This document shows positions 1 through 8,472 of a stretch of 64,000 bases of DNA, piece after piece; position 1 is the first letter of the stretch; each line of letters begins with the position of its first letter. The translations under genes and the position numbers were made by a program. The stretch is from Planctomycetota bacterium (GTDB lineage: Bacteria; Planctomycetota; PLA2; JAEUHO01), in assembly GCA_965222115.1 (NCBI GenBank), contig CBDCTJ010000007.1:2816001-2880000 (forward strand), read 5' to 3'. The notes under the pieces were generated by a model, which was not told the DNA's origin, did no database searches, and worked only from the letters and a program-made list of their open reading frames with translations.

Positions 1-573
1 ATTGGCCGGCCCAATGTCGAAACCCAATACGTCGCTCCGGCGCGGCGTCAATACGGTCATGTTGGCGATACTGCCTAGATTCACACAGCCACGAAGTTCA
101 TGATCGTCACGATAAAGCAACCAATCCACTAGGGGAATGAGCGGCGCGCCCTCGCCCCCCTCCGCAATGTCACGCGGGCGAAAGTCACACACCGTGCGAA
201 TCTTCGTGCGGGCCGCCAAGATGTCACCGCGCCCAATCTGAAGTGTGCGTGCAGGTGCTTCGGCAGTCTTTGGTTGGTGAAAGAGCGTTTGTCCGTGGCT
301 TCCTATGGCGTGAATGTCGCGATAGGTGGTCCCAGCACGTTCGAGAAACTCAAGTACCCACTGGCTCCAACACTCTGCTAAGTCGAAATCCAAGAGCGAA
401 ACGTCTTCAACGGTTCCAGAACGTGCACGTTGCATTCGTGCTCGAAGTTGCGCGTCATAATCTCGAGTGTCATGAGCAACGAGGTCGACTTGAGGCCGTT
501 CAGGCGCTCCTTGGATGCGCACAAGCGCGAGATCGAGCCCGTCCATGCTCATACCCGACATGAGCCCCACCAC
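1..573 (-). CDS. anmK: anhydro-N-acetylmuramic acid kinase (3' end runs off window; start approximate)
   Basis: Not in ORF track. Manual minus-strand translation gives VVGLMSGMSMDGLDLALV...AIGSHGQT...TLQIG...DFRPRDIAEGGEGAPLIP...NLGSIAN...GFDIGPAN, all AnmK motifs. Confidence 0.9.
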   Translation of the reverse strand, partial: MVGLMSGMSMDGLDLALVRIQGAPERPQVDLVAHDTRDYDAQLRARMQRARSGTVEDVSLLDFDLAECWSQWVLEFLERAGTTYRDIHAIGSHGQTLFHQPKTAEAPARTLQIGRGDILAARTKIRTVCDFRPRDIAEGGEGAPLIPLVDWLLYRDDHELRGCVNLGSIANMTVLTPRRSDVLGFDIGPAN

Positions 574-661
574 GAGTCGAGGCGCTATGTCCTCGGAAGC
601 GCTACCAGCATTTGTGGGTGCGAATGACAGCGTGAGTCTCCGGTTGCGGTACGGTGTCGCT

Positions 662-1204
662 ATGAAAGCAACCGTAGTCGCTGTCCACAAGAGCCCCACA
701 CACCAAATCTCAAAGTCCACTGCAGCGTCCATCAAGCTCATCGAGGAATTTGGCGTGGAAGGTGACGTGCATGCCGGCCCTACCGTGAAGCATCGCTCGC
801 GGGCCGCGAAGCACCCGGAGCTCAAGAATCTGCGTCAAGTGCATCTCATGCATGCGGAGTTGTTTGATGAACTCGCAGCCCAGGGGCACCAGGTGCTGCC
901 CGGACAAATGGGTGAGAACGTGACAGTCAAGGGTGTTGCGTTGCTGGATCTACCGCGAGGAACACGCCTACGTATTGGACCTCATGCGGAGGTCGAACTC
1001 ACGGGTCTACGAAATCCTTGTTCGCAGCTCGACGGACTTTCTCCGGGGCTGAAAGAAGCGGTACTTGAGAAAACACCCGAGGGCGGACTGCTGCGCAAGA
1101 CCGGAGTCATGGCAGTCGTCATCCATGGTGGCGTGGTGAAAACGGACGATTTGGTTCAGGTCGCGCTTCCGGATGGCACGCCGAGACCACTTGAGCCCGT
1201 GTAG
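662..1204 (+). CDS. MOSC domain protein (YiiM-like)
   Basis: GVEGDVHAG, RQVHL, PGQMGENV, TGLRNPC, GVMAVV motifs; start placed at MKATVVAV. Confidence 0.85.
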   Translation: MKATVVAVHKSPTHQISKSTAASIKLIEEFGVEGDVHAGPTVKHRSRAAKHPELKNLRQVHLMHAELFDELAAQGHQVLPGQMGENVTVKGVALLDLPRGTRLRIGPHAEVELTGLRNPCSQLDGLSPGLKEAVLEKTPEGGLLRKTGVMAVVIHGGVVKTDDLVQVALPDGTPRPLEPV

Positions 1205-1273
1205 TCCTCCGGCGCCCAGGAATGACGCAACAAATCCCTCACCGAATGAACCCGCCGCCCCGATAGTGCGCGC

Positions 1274-2215
1274 ATGCCGCTCTACCAGACGATTTTGTTT
1301 CTCATCGCTGGTGCCATACTTCTCTGGAAGGGCGGCGATCTCCTCGTTGCAGGTGCCGTGCGCCTCGGCAATGCGATGGGTGTCTCGCCGGGCATGGCGG
1401 GCGTGTTTATCTTGGGATTCGGCACTTCGTTTCCCGAACTCGTTGTCAGCTCCCTCGCAGCCTACAAGGGTGATGGAGCCATAGCAATCGGCAATGTCAT
1501 TGGGAGCAACATTGCGAATGTAGGGTTGATTCTTGGCGCCACTGCATTGATTGCGACGGTTCCGGTAAACCGTTTCATCTTGAAGCTTGAGATTCCGGTC
1601 TGCCTCTTGGCAAGTTTTCTAGCGCTCTATCTCGTCCGGGATGGCTCGTTGGTTCGCCATGAAGCTCTCATCTTGCTCGGCGCCTTTGCGGTCTACGCCA
1701 TCTTCGCCATTTTGACGAGCGACAAACGCGACACCCCCGAGCCCGACGAAACGACCGATCACCGCGTGCCCTGGAATATCGTTCTCACCGTGTTGGGATT
1801 GGCGGCAGTACTCGGTGGCGCCTCACTGTTCTTAGAAGGCGCAGTGGATGTGGCCGAACGTCTCGGCATGAGCAAAGCCGTGATTGGCGAAACCGTTGTT
1901 GCCCTGGGAACCAGTCTTCCGGAACTTGGTGCCGCTCTAGCCGCGGCACGCGCCAACCAGCTCCACATGGCGCTTGGTAATGTCATTGGTAGCAACATCT
2001 TCAACTTGTTGCTCGTCTTGGGCGCCGCGGGATCGTTCGCCAACCAATCCGTGGGCAGCGATCAGATCAACATCTCTTTCCCCATTATGATTGCGCTCGC
2101 AGCCGTCCCGCTCGTCGTAGGCGCCGCGCGTCGCGCTATAGGACGTGCGACGGGCGTACTGCTCCTGATGGCCTACATAGGCTTCATCGTGTATTCGGCG
2201 TTGCAGGTAGCGTAG
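1274..2215 (+). CDS. Ca2+/Na+ antiporter (CaCA, YrbG-like)
   Basis: Two alpha repeats GTSFPE..GNVIGSN / GTSLPE..GNVIGSN; about 10 TM segments. Confidence 0.92.
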   Translation: MPLYQTILFLIAGAILLWKGGDLLVAGAVRLGNAMGVSPGMAGVFILGFGTSFPELVVSSLAAYKGDGAIAIGNVIGSNIANVGLILGATALIATVPVNRFILKLEIPVCLLASFLALYLVRDGSLVRHEALILLGAFAVYAIFAILTSDKRDTPEPDETTDHRVPWNIVLTVLGLAAVLGGASLFLEGAVDVAERLGMSKAVIGETVVALGTSLPELGAALAAARANQLHMALGNVIGSNIFNLLLVLGAAGSFANQSVGSDQINISFPIMIALAAVPLVVGAARRAIGRATGVLLLMAYIGFIVYSALQVA

Positions 2216-2250
2216 AGGGGTGCGACTCCGAGCTACGGCGTGCACAATGA

Positions 2251-4440
2251 TCACCTATCTCGTTCTCGCGCCTCTTCGAATCTGCGCTTGAGCAACGCGG
2301 CGCTCTGCGCCGAACCTGATTCGATATCAGGGTTGTATTTAAGCTGTGGAGTTACAATCTCCACTTCGCCCGCTGCAAGTGGGGGCTGTACATAGCCATA
2401 CGCCTCGTGATCCATCGCATGTATGCCGACGTCGATCGTGGTATCGGCATGAACTAGGAAGATGGGCAGTTCCTCATCACTTGGAAGCCGAATGGATGTT
2501 AGCGAATCCGCCAGTAAATCATCCGTCCAGAAGTGACCATTCGTACGCCTGCCACCGAAATTGAGGAACAACTTCTGGAGCGTGATTCCGGTCGTCGAAT
2601 TTGCGCGCACCGCCAAGCCAGCCACACGGGTTGGCACCGAGATCAGTAAGTTTCGACCAGCAACATCCACTTCGAATCGAAATCGCGGGCCCATTCTCGA
2701 TACAAGTGTGGCGCTCCCATATCCCCCCTTCAATTCACCTTCATATGTACCTGTTGGTAGTGCTAGTTTCCTAACCGTTCTTCCTTGGTCAAACTCGACG
2801 AGTATAGGGCTTGGATGCTCACCGTTGCGGCTTAATTGAAGAATTGCAGGTCCGGTGTACCCGATGCCTTGGCCCAATTTGACAGCGAAGTCAAGTTCAG
2901 CTGTCTCATGCAGTCCTAATTTTGACAACTCCACAACGATTCGGTTGCCGGAGGTCTTACTTGTTTCGAGTCTGTGTTGACTAATTAGGATTTCGCGAGA
3001 TTTGTATCCCGGCGCCCGTACCCAGACTTTAGAAGACTTGACAACTCTGACCATTGGAAAGTACAGACGTCCCGCCTCGAGAAACTGCTCTTTCGCACGC
3101 CACATGTTGGTGTCACGTGACGTGCCGCCACCGGGACTGATGATGAAGCCTGCTGTCGCGACGCGTTGCTTAGTATCGGCATCTACGACTATGAGGTCAA
3201 TGGACGAAATTTGTTCGAGAACAGCCCGAACCGGTGTCTCACTTCCGGGTCGAACAAGTGGTTCGTAGCGCTTCCCCGTGCGGCCAACCGATGACCAGCC
3301 CCGCTTCCAAACTCTCACAACTACCTCAGCTTCCGAGCCGCAGCGCACCTCAAAGGAACCATCCTCAGCGGAACGTGTACGGACAAGATCCGGCACGCCC
3401 TCTGGTGAAAATGGCCCCGTTCGCCCGCGCGCAAATTCACTAGCTCGCACCCTGCCCACTTCAACGTGTGCTCCCTGCACGGGACGGCCTCTCGCAGACA
3501 CGACCAATCCATGTACGCGATAGGATCCGCGATCAAGTTCAACCACAATGTCGTCATGAATCTGTTCTAGTGAACTCAACGCTACGCACTTAGGGAGAAA
3601 ACCGTCGCACCAAACCGCAACTGAGCGAGGTTTTCGACCTTCCACCATAGAGAACTTCGCCTCACCATCCACACTACTCTTAATCGGGCCGGATGCGGGC
3701 CCTCCATCCCACTGCAAGTATACGCTCGCTCCCTCAATCGTTGATTTATCCTTGGCGTCAACTACCCGTATTTGAAACATACGTTCTTGAACGTTATCGA
3801 CTCGCTCTTCTTTCATAGCCTTGCTTGAGGCATAACCAGTCGCGCGCACGGGAGCGCGCAGCGCTGGAATGTCATCGGGATCCCGAGGTCGCAATTGCGC
3901 GACACTGCTGTCAGCCAACCGCTTGATTTCGGCACGCTTTCCCGAAACTGAGAACTGGTGCGTGAACGCAATAACTACGAGTATAGCCAACAGAGCTAAG
4001 GCGCTAACCCTTGTCCCAATTCGGCCTCCCCCACGAATTGACGAGTCTGGACTATGTAGTTGCAGGGCGAACCCAGTAGCCAGGAGCATTAGACCTGACA
4101 ATAGAGAGTGCATCAGCGGGGTCAGGCTAGCAATGCGTCCTGCGCAGCCGCAAACCACGGATGGCTGTATAACGCTCCAAGCCGCATAGGCAATCAACAT
4201 CACACCCGAGCAAACCAAGGCTAGTTGACGAGGCGACGCTTTGCCCAATAAAGACGCTTTGCCCAATAAAATAGCGAGCCCGACGACAACTTCAAATCCT
4301 ATAGTCAGACTCGTCGCGAACAACGCCACATCCGAATCTAACCAATCACCAAGTGTGCCGTCTGCCTTCGGATCCCCAATCTTCGCCAGTCCGAGCAGAA
4401 TCCACGAAGCGCCCAAGACGGAACAAATTGCGTTCTGCAT
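2251..4440 (-). CDS. MauE/DoxX-like membrane domain fused to carboxypeptidase-regulatory-like beta-sandwich repeats
   Basis: N-terminal GLAKIGDP...FEVVVG...CGCAG with 4-5 TM segments; then VHGLVVSARGRPVQGAHV...SAEDGSF type repeats; GAAGGGGGAG RBS before ATG. Confidence 0.7.
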   Translation of the reverse strand: MQNAICSVLGASWILLGLAKIGDPKADGTLGDWLDSDVALFATSLTIGFEVVVGLAILLGKASLLGKASPRQLALVCSGVMLIAYAAWSVIQPSVVCGCAGRIASLTPLMHSLLSGLMLLATGFALQLHSPDSSIRGGGRIGTRVSALALLAILVVIAFTHQFSVSGKRAEIKRLADSSVAQLRPRDPDDIPALRAPVRATGYASSKAMKEERVDNVQERMFQIRVVDAKDKSTIEGASVYLQWDGGPASGPIKSSVDGEAKFSMVEGRKPRSVAVWCDGFLPKCVALSSLEQIHDDIVVELDRGSYRVHGLVVSARGRPVQGAHVEVGRVRASEFARGRTGPFSPEGVPDLVRTRSAEDGSFEVRCGSEAEVVVRVWKRGWSSVGRTGKRYEPLVRPGSETPVRAVLEQISSIDLIVVDADTKQRVATAGFIISPGGGTSRDTNMWRAKEQFLEAGRLYFPMVRVVKSSKVWVRAPGYKSREILISQHRLETSKTSGNRIVVELSKLGLHETAELDFAVKLGQGIGYTGPAILQLSRNGEHPSPILVEFDQGRTVRKLALPTGTYEGELKGGYGSATLVSRMGPRFRFEVDVAGRNLLISVPTRVAGLAVRANSTTGITLQKLFLNFGGRRTNGHFWTDDLLADSLTSIRLPSDEELPIFLVHADTTIDVGIHAMDHEAYGYVQPPLAAGEVEIVTPQLKYNPDIESGSAQSAALLKRRFEEARERDR
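4235..4270. repeat. 18-bp perfect tandem duplication (LLGKAS x2)
   Basis: GACGCTTTGCCCAATAAA twice, in frame. Confidence 0.9.
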
Positions 4441-4463
4441 AACTCCCCCTTCACCGCTGAAGA

Positions 4464-4499
4464 TGGGGGCACGAATCCATCATGGCACCCGTGCCCCCA
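4464..4499 (-). terminator. intergenic stem-loop between Cys-rich gene and MauE-domain gene (attenuator or mRNA stabiliser)
   Basis: TGGGGGCACG ... CGTGCCCCCA, 10-bp perfect inverted repeat; no clear U-tract. Confidence 0.45.
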
Positions 4500-4556
4500 G
4501 TACACAATCGCAGTTGCCAGCAAATCCAGATTAGTCAGGCCGCTAACGCCCTCATC

Positions 4557-4978
4557 TCATGGGCCACCAGGACACCAGCAAGACATCCGCTCAACACCTG
4601 GATCAACGACAGTCCATCCTTCGGCACAGTCATCAGGGCAGCCGATGTCCTTGCATTCGACAGCGGTTGGCGTTCCACCCTGCGAGCCGGTCCCCGTCGT
4701 CATTGTCTTGCAAGGATCGCCCGCGTTTGAAAGACTGCATTTGCAGTAATACAAATTGCCAATGACCTGGGTCGTACAAGACCCGGCTGTGGCTGGTGTA
4801 CACGCACCACTGGGACAAGAATATGCGATCCAATAGTTCCAATTTGTAGGGTTTCCAGACCTGTACACGGTCATCTCACAGCTAGAATCAGCCCAAGCCT
4901 CCTTGGCCACTCCAATGACACATGTGGCTAGGCCGATTGCGATAATGAGAGCTTTCGGTTTTCATCGCGTCGAAACAT
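4557..4978 (-). CDS. secreted 12-cysteine miniprotein; one-base frameshift in signal peptide region (~4955)
   Basis: AAGGAGG RBS then ATG at 4978 (MFRRDENRK); a -1 shift joins ALIIAIGLATCVIGVAKEAWA|DSSCEM...SCWCPGGP; 12 Cys in the mature part. Confidence 0.7.
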
Positions 4979-5006
4979 AGAATCCTCCTTTCGATTTGGG
5001 ATGAGA

Positions 5007-5037
5007 AGTATAATAACATGAAGTACCCGGAAAGCAA
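5007..5037 (-). promoter_or_regulatory. putative sigma70-type promoter for Cys-rich gene
   Basis: Minus strand TTGCTT-16nt-TATTAT (overlapping TATACT) upstream of the AAGGAGG RBS. Confidence 0.4.
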
Positions 5038-5346
5038 ACCTCATTCGAATCGAGGATATATTTCACCTTTGGAGCGAATTTTCGTACGCCAAGAGATAGG
5101 CGGATCCCTATCAGAGATTCGTTGGCGCATCTTCTGCAGTCGTCGGCGCACAGGGTAAAAGCAGAACCAACGCGAGGGAAATACCAATCGATACGCGGGC
5201 AAGTGTCAAAGCTCGTTCCTCCAGGGCACAAAGTATGAGCAACGACTCAAAATCCGTCGAGAAGGACGACCGCCCCAATCTGCTTGCAGGTGCGGACGCC
5301 ACTCATGCCGCTCGGCGTGACCTGCAATGCTGTGCGGAACGGTTTT

Positions 5347-5784
5347 CTAGATACCCACAATCTGTACCACCACCCTTCGCCGATGCGGCCTCACGCGATG
5401 CTCCACCAGATAGATGCTCTGCCATGTTCCTAATGCCAACTCACCATTCACGATTGGAACCTGCAACGACGTCTGAGTGATTGCCGTGCGGATGTGGGCA
5501 GGCATGTCGTCGGGGCCTTCGTCGCGGTGGGTGTAGGCGGGGTCGCCGTCAGGGGCAACTCGCAGGAACCATGCCATCAAGTCGTCCTGCACGCGCGGAT
5601 CGGCGTTCTCTTGAATCAGGAGGCTGCATGACGTGTGGCGGCAGAAGAGGGTGACGAAGCCCGATTTGAATGTGCTCTTTCGTACCTCGTGAGTGACTTG
5701 TCGATCTAGGGAGAAGAATCCACGTCCCGACGTCTCGATGTGCAAGGTGTTTTGATGGAGCTGCAGGGCGAGTGGGTCGTGCAT
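5347..5784 (-). CDS. yjbQ: YjbQ/UPF0047 family protein
   Basis: HTSCSLLIQENADP, H..EGPDDMPAH, LGTWQSIYLVEH motifs. Confidence 0.92.
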   Translation of the reverse strand: MHDPLALQLHQNTLHIETSGRGFFSLDRQVTHEVRKSTFKSGFVTLFCRHTSCSLLIQENADPRVQDDLMAWFLRVAPDGDPAYTHRDEGPDDMPAHIRTAITQTSLQVPIVNGELALGTWQSIYLVEHRVRPHRRRVVVQIVGI

Positions 5785-5852
5785 GGGTTCTCCTTGGCAA
5801 TTCCCATGATGCCGCGGTTGGAGGACGCTCGACCGGAAGGCAGAATGCCGCC

Positions 5853-6470
5853 ATGCTCTTCATCAACTACTTGACCGAGAACCCTGTGTTCTATGTCACC
5901 TGGGTGCTCTGCATCGTGGTCAGTATCGTGCTGCACGAGCTGGGTCACGGCGTGGCGGCTCTTCAACAGGGCGACACGACCCCCCGCGACTTGGGACACA
6001 TGACGCTCAATCCCATGGTTCATATGGGTGGACTCTCCATTGCCATGGTGCTGATCGCGGGCATCGGGTTCGGAATGATGCCGGTCAATCCTCGGCGCTT
6101 CAAGAGCCGCTACGGTGACGCGATTGTGTCATTCGCCGGACCCGCGACCAATCTGATCTTGGCATTTATCTCGTTGACCGTCGCAGGTTTGTGGGTGCGG
6201 TTTACCGGCTACAACATGTCGCTTTCCCACCCACTGATTCTCTTTGGCGGTCTCAATTTCGTACTTTGCCTGTTCAACTTGCTGCCCGTACCGCCGCTCG
6301 ATGGGTCAACGGTGTTGGCCAATTTCAGTCCCGGCTACAAGGCGCTCATTCGGAATCCGGACAATCAGCCGTTCATGATGGGCGCCTTTCTGCTCATCTT
6401 CTACTTTGGGGGACGGATCTTCCAGCCGGCGTTTGACCTCGCAGAGAGCTACGTTCGGCTGCTAGTGTAG
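5853..6470 (+). CDS. site-2 protease family (M50) membrane metalloprotease
   Basis: LHELGHG, TLNP..H, AGPATN, FNLLPVPPLDG. Confidence 0.92.
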   Translation: MLFINYLTENPVFYVTWVLCIVVSIVLHELGHGVAALQQGDTTPRDLGHMTLNPMVHMGGLSIAMVLIAGIGFGMMPVNPRRFKSRYGDAIVSFAGPATNLILAFISLTVAGLWVRFTGYNMSLSHPLILFGGLNFVLCLFNLLPVPPLDGSTVLANFSPGYKALIRNPDNQPFMMGAFLLIFYFGGRIFQPAFDLAESYVRLLV

Positions 6471-6528
6471 CGCCCGCAACAACAAAAGTCGCGCGATCGG
6501 GGGAGTAGGCGGGCACCATACAGCCGTC

Positions 6529-8412
6529 ATGAAACGACTCATCGTTCCCCTTCTGTTTCTCGGCCTCGCGGTCGCGACATACGCCATTGTTCAATCGACG
6601 AAATCCGGTACTTCGCGCGAAGCGGAGGGCAATCACGTATTGGTCGAAGTAGTCGCGAAAAAATCGGGGTTGCCAGTGACCAATGCGCAAGTTCGCGCCC
6701 GCTTTGGCGACACGAAGTGGCTCGCATGCGACTCAAAGGGACAGTACACATTCCGTGACCTCCCCATTCGACCCGGCGAAGAATGGACGCCGAAAGCTGT
6801 CGGCGAAGCGGTGCTAGCACGCGCGCCCTATCTCACGCTGCGGCAAGGCACATCGCCCACGGTAAAGAGAGACGAGAATGGCCAGTGGCGCGTTCGCTTC
6901 GCACTAATGCGCCATGGCGTCTTGCGATTGACGATACGCGATTCCCATCTCGGCAAAATGCGCGCGAGCATTCACCCGGCAACAACGCCTGCATCGTCGA
7001 TTGAGGTGATGGACGGTCGTGCGATCGCACGACCAGACAAGGCCGCCGCGTTTCGTGTGTATCCCGATTGCAAGAAGCTCGTCGTCATCTTTCGTGCGGA
7101 GCGGGGCATGGAAGCCGTCCGTGCCGCCACAGAGATCATCGAGTTCCGACCACCCGGCGAGGGCGGCATGATTGATCGACTGTTGGTTGCCAAGCCATGT
7201 AAGCCGATCATGGGACGAATCGCGAGTTCGGGCGATGTTTCTTTGCCACCCGGTGCTGGCGAGGTCGTCGTGGAGCAATTTGCGGAAAGCGGTGCGCGTT
7301 ACGCACTTGACGCGGTTACGCCGATTCGACCGGACGGCTCGTTTATCGCCGGTCAAACCGGAGATCACAAGTACCTGCTTACGGTGCGCAGTCCGTACCT
7401 CGCCGATGAACACTCAAAGGAGTGTCAAGGTGGTGAAGACGTAGTGATTGAGCAAGCGAGAATGCTCCCCTGGCTTGAGATTCGACCCTCGGATGACGCG
7501 CTTGGCGCACGTCCGGTTCGACTATTGGCCCAGTCACTAAAGGATTCAGCCGTCTGGGAAACCGTAGATGGAAAGACGCGCACGGTCATGCGCATTCCTA
7601 TATCGGAGAGCGGCCGCTACCGCATCCGGGGCATCGTGCCAGGCACAAACACTCGTTCACCATTTCGTGGGCAGAAAGAGATCGACGCCACGGATCAGTC
7701 GGGACCCGTTAAGGTCAAGCTCGATTGGAAGGAAGCGCCTTACGGACAACTGAGTGTCAAATTTCGCGAATCGGACACATGGAAGTCTCGCGGCGCGAAG
7801 ATCACGCTCACGCCGATGGAAGAAGATATGTTTTCCACGGACATTCATCCCCGAGTTACTCGCACACTCACACTGTTTGAGGGGCCAAAGGATCCACAGT
7901 CATTCGGACGTGTTTGCCCTGGCGACTGGAAACTGCGTGCGGAGTTCATCAACAAGAACACCGCACTCCAGGTCAAACGCATCAAGGTGGTGGCAGGTGA
8001 AGACCAGACCATTGAAATCCCGCGCCTTCGAGGATGTCACCTGTACCTGAAGTCATCCAGGGAGGAACAGAATGCGGCGGTTCATCCGAGACAGATTGCC
8101 GAGATAATTTCACGCTATTCGTTCGAAGTTTCCATGAGTTGGGACCTCCAATCGTCAGCTCCGACTACTTACTCGTGGGTGCAGTTGCTATGGAACGCCG
8201 ACACCGCACGCTTTGAATCGACCCATGCGCTCCAGCCGGGTACGTACTCAATGATGTACAAGCAGTATGTTCCCGGTCGCGGATCGCCCATAACAGGCCC
8301 ATCCGATGAGGGAATGACACTCCCCGAAGATCAAGATTTTGTGGAGGTAGAGCTCGCCTTACGGCGTCTTTTTCCTGGTGTTCTAGATCAAGAGGTGGAA
8401 TGGCGCCGATAG
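6529..8412 (+). CDS. exported hypothetical protein with beta-sandwich (carboxypeptidase-regulatory-like) repeats
   Basis: 627-aa ORF, N-terminal hydrophobic signal, GLPVTNAQV..DSKGQY and RPDGSF motifs. Confidence 0.65.
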   Translation: MKRLIVPLLFLGLAVATYAIVQSTKSGTSREAEGNHVLVEVVAKKSGLPVTNAQVRARFGDTKWLACDSKGQYTFRDLPIRPGEEWTPKAVGEAVLARAPYLTLRQGTSPTVKRDENGQWRVRFALMRHGVLRLTIRDSHLGKMRASIHPATTPASSIEVMDGRAIARPDKAAAFRVYPDCKKLVVIFRAERGMEAVRAATEIIEFRPPGEGGMIDRLLVAKPCKPIMGRIASSGDVSLPPGAGEVVVEQFAESGARYALDAVTPIRPDGSFIAGQTGDHKYLLTVRSPYLADEHSKECQGGEDVVIEQARMLPWLEIRPSDDALGARPVRLLAQSLKDSAVWETVDGKTRTVMRIPISESGRYRIRGIVPGTNTRSPFRGQKEIDATDQSGPVKVKLDWKEAPYGQLSVKFRESDTWKSRGAKITLTPMEEDMFSTDIHPRVTRTLTLFEGPKDPQSFGRVCPGDWKLRAEFINKNTALQVKRIKVVAGEDQTIEIPRLRGCHLYLKSSREEQNAAVHPRQIAEIISRYSFEVSMSWDLQSSAPTTYSWVQLLWNADTARFESTHALQPGTYSMMYKQYVPGRGSPITGPSDEGMTLPEDQDFVEVELALRRLFPGVLDQEVEWRR

Positions 8413-8472
8413 GGTGAATCCGCGAAGCCATAAACACCGCTCCCCATAGCCGCCATACTCGGAAACCGCTCT

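Noticed and set aside
4557-4978. Methylamine dehydrogenase small subunit (MauA)
   Set aside because: Cys count is similar, but no MauA motifs are recognisable and mauB/D/G are absent.
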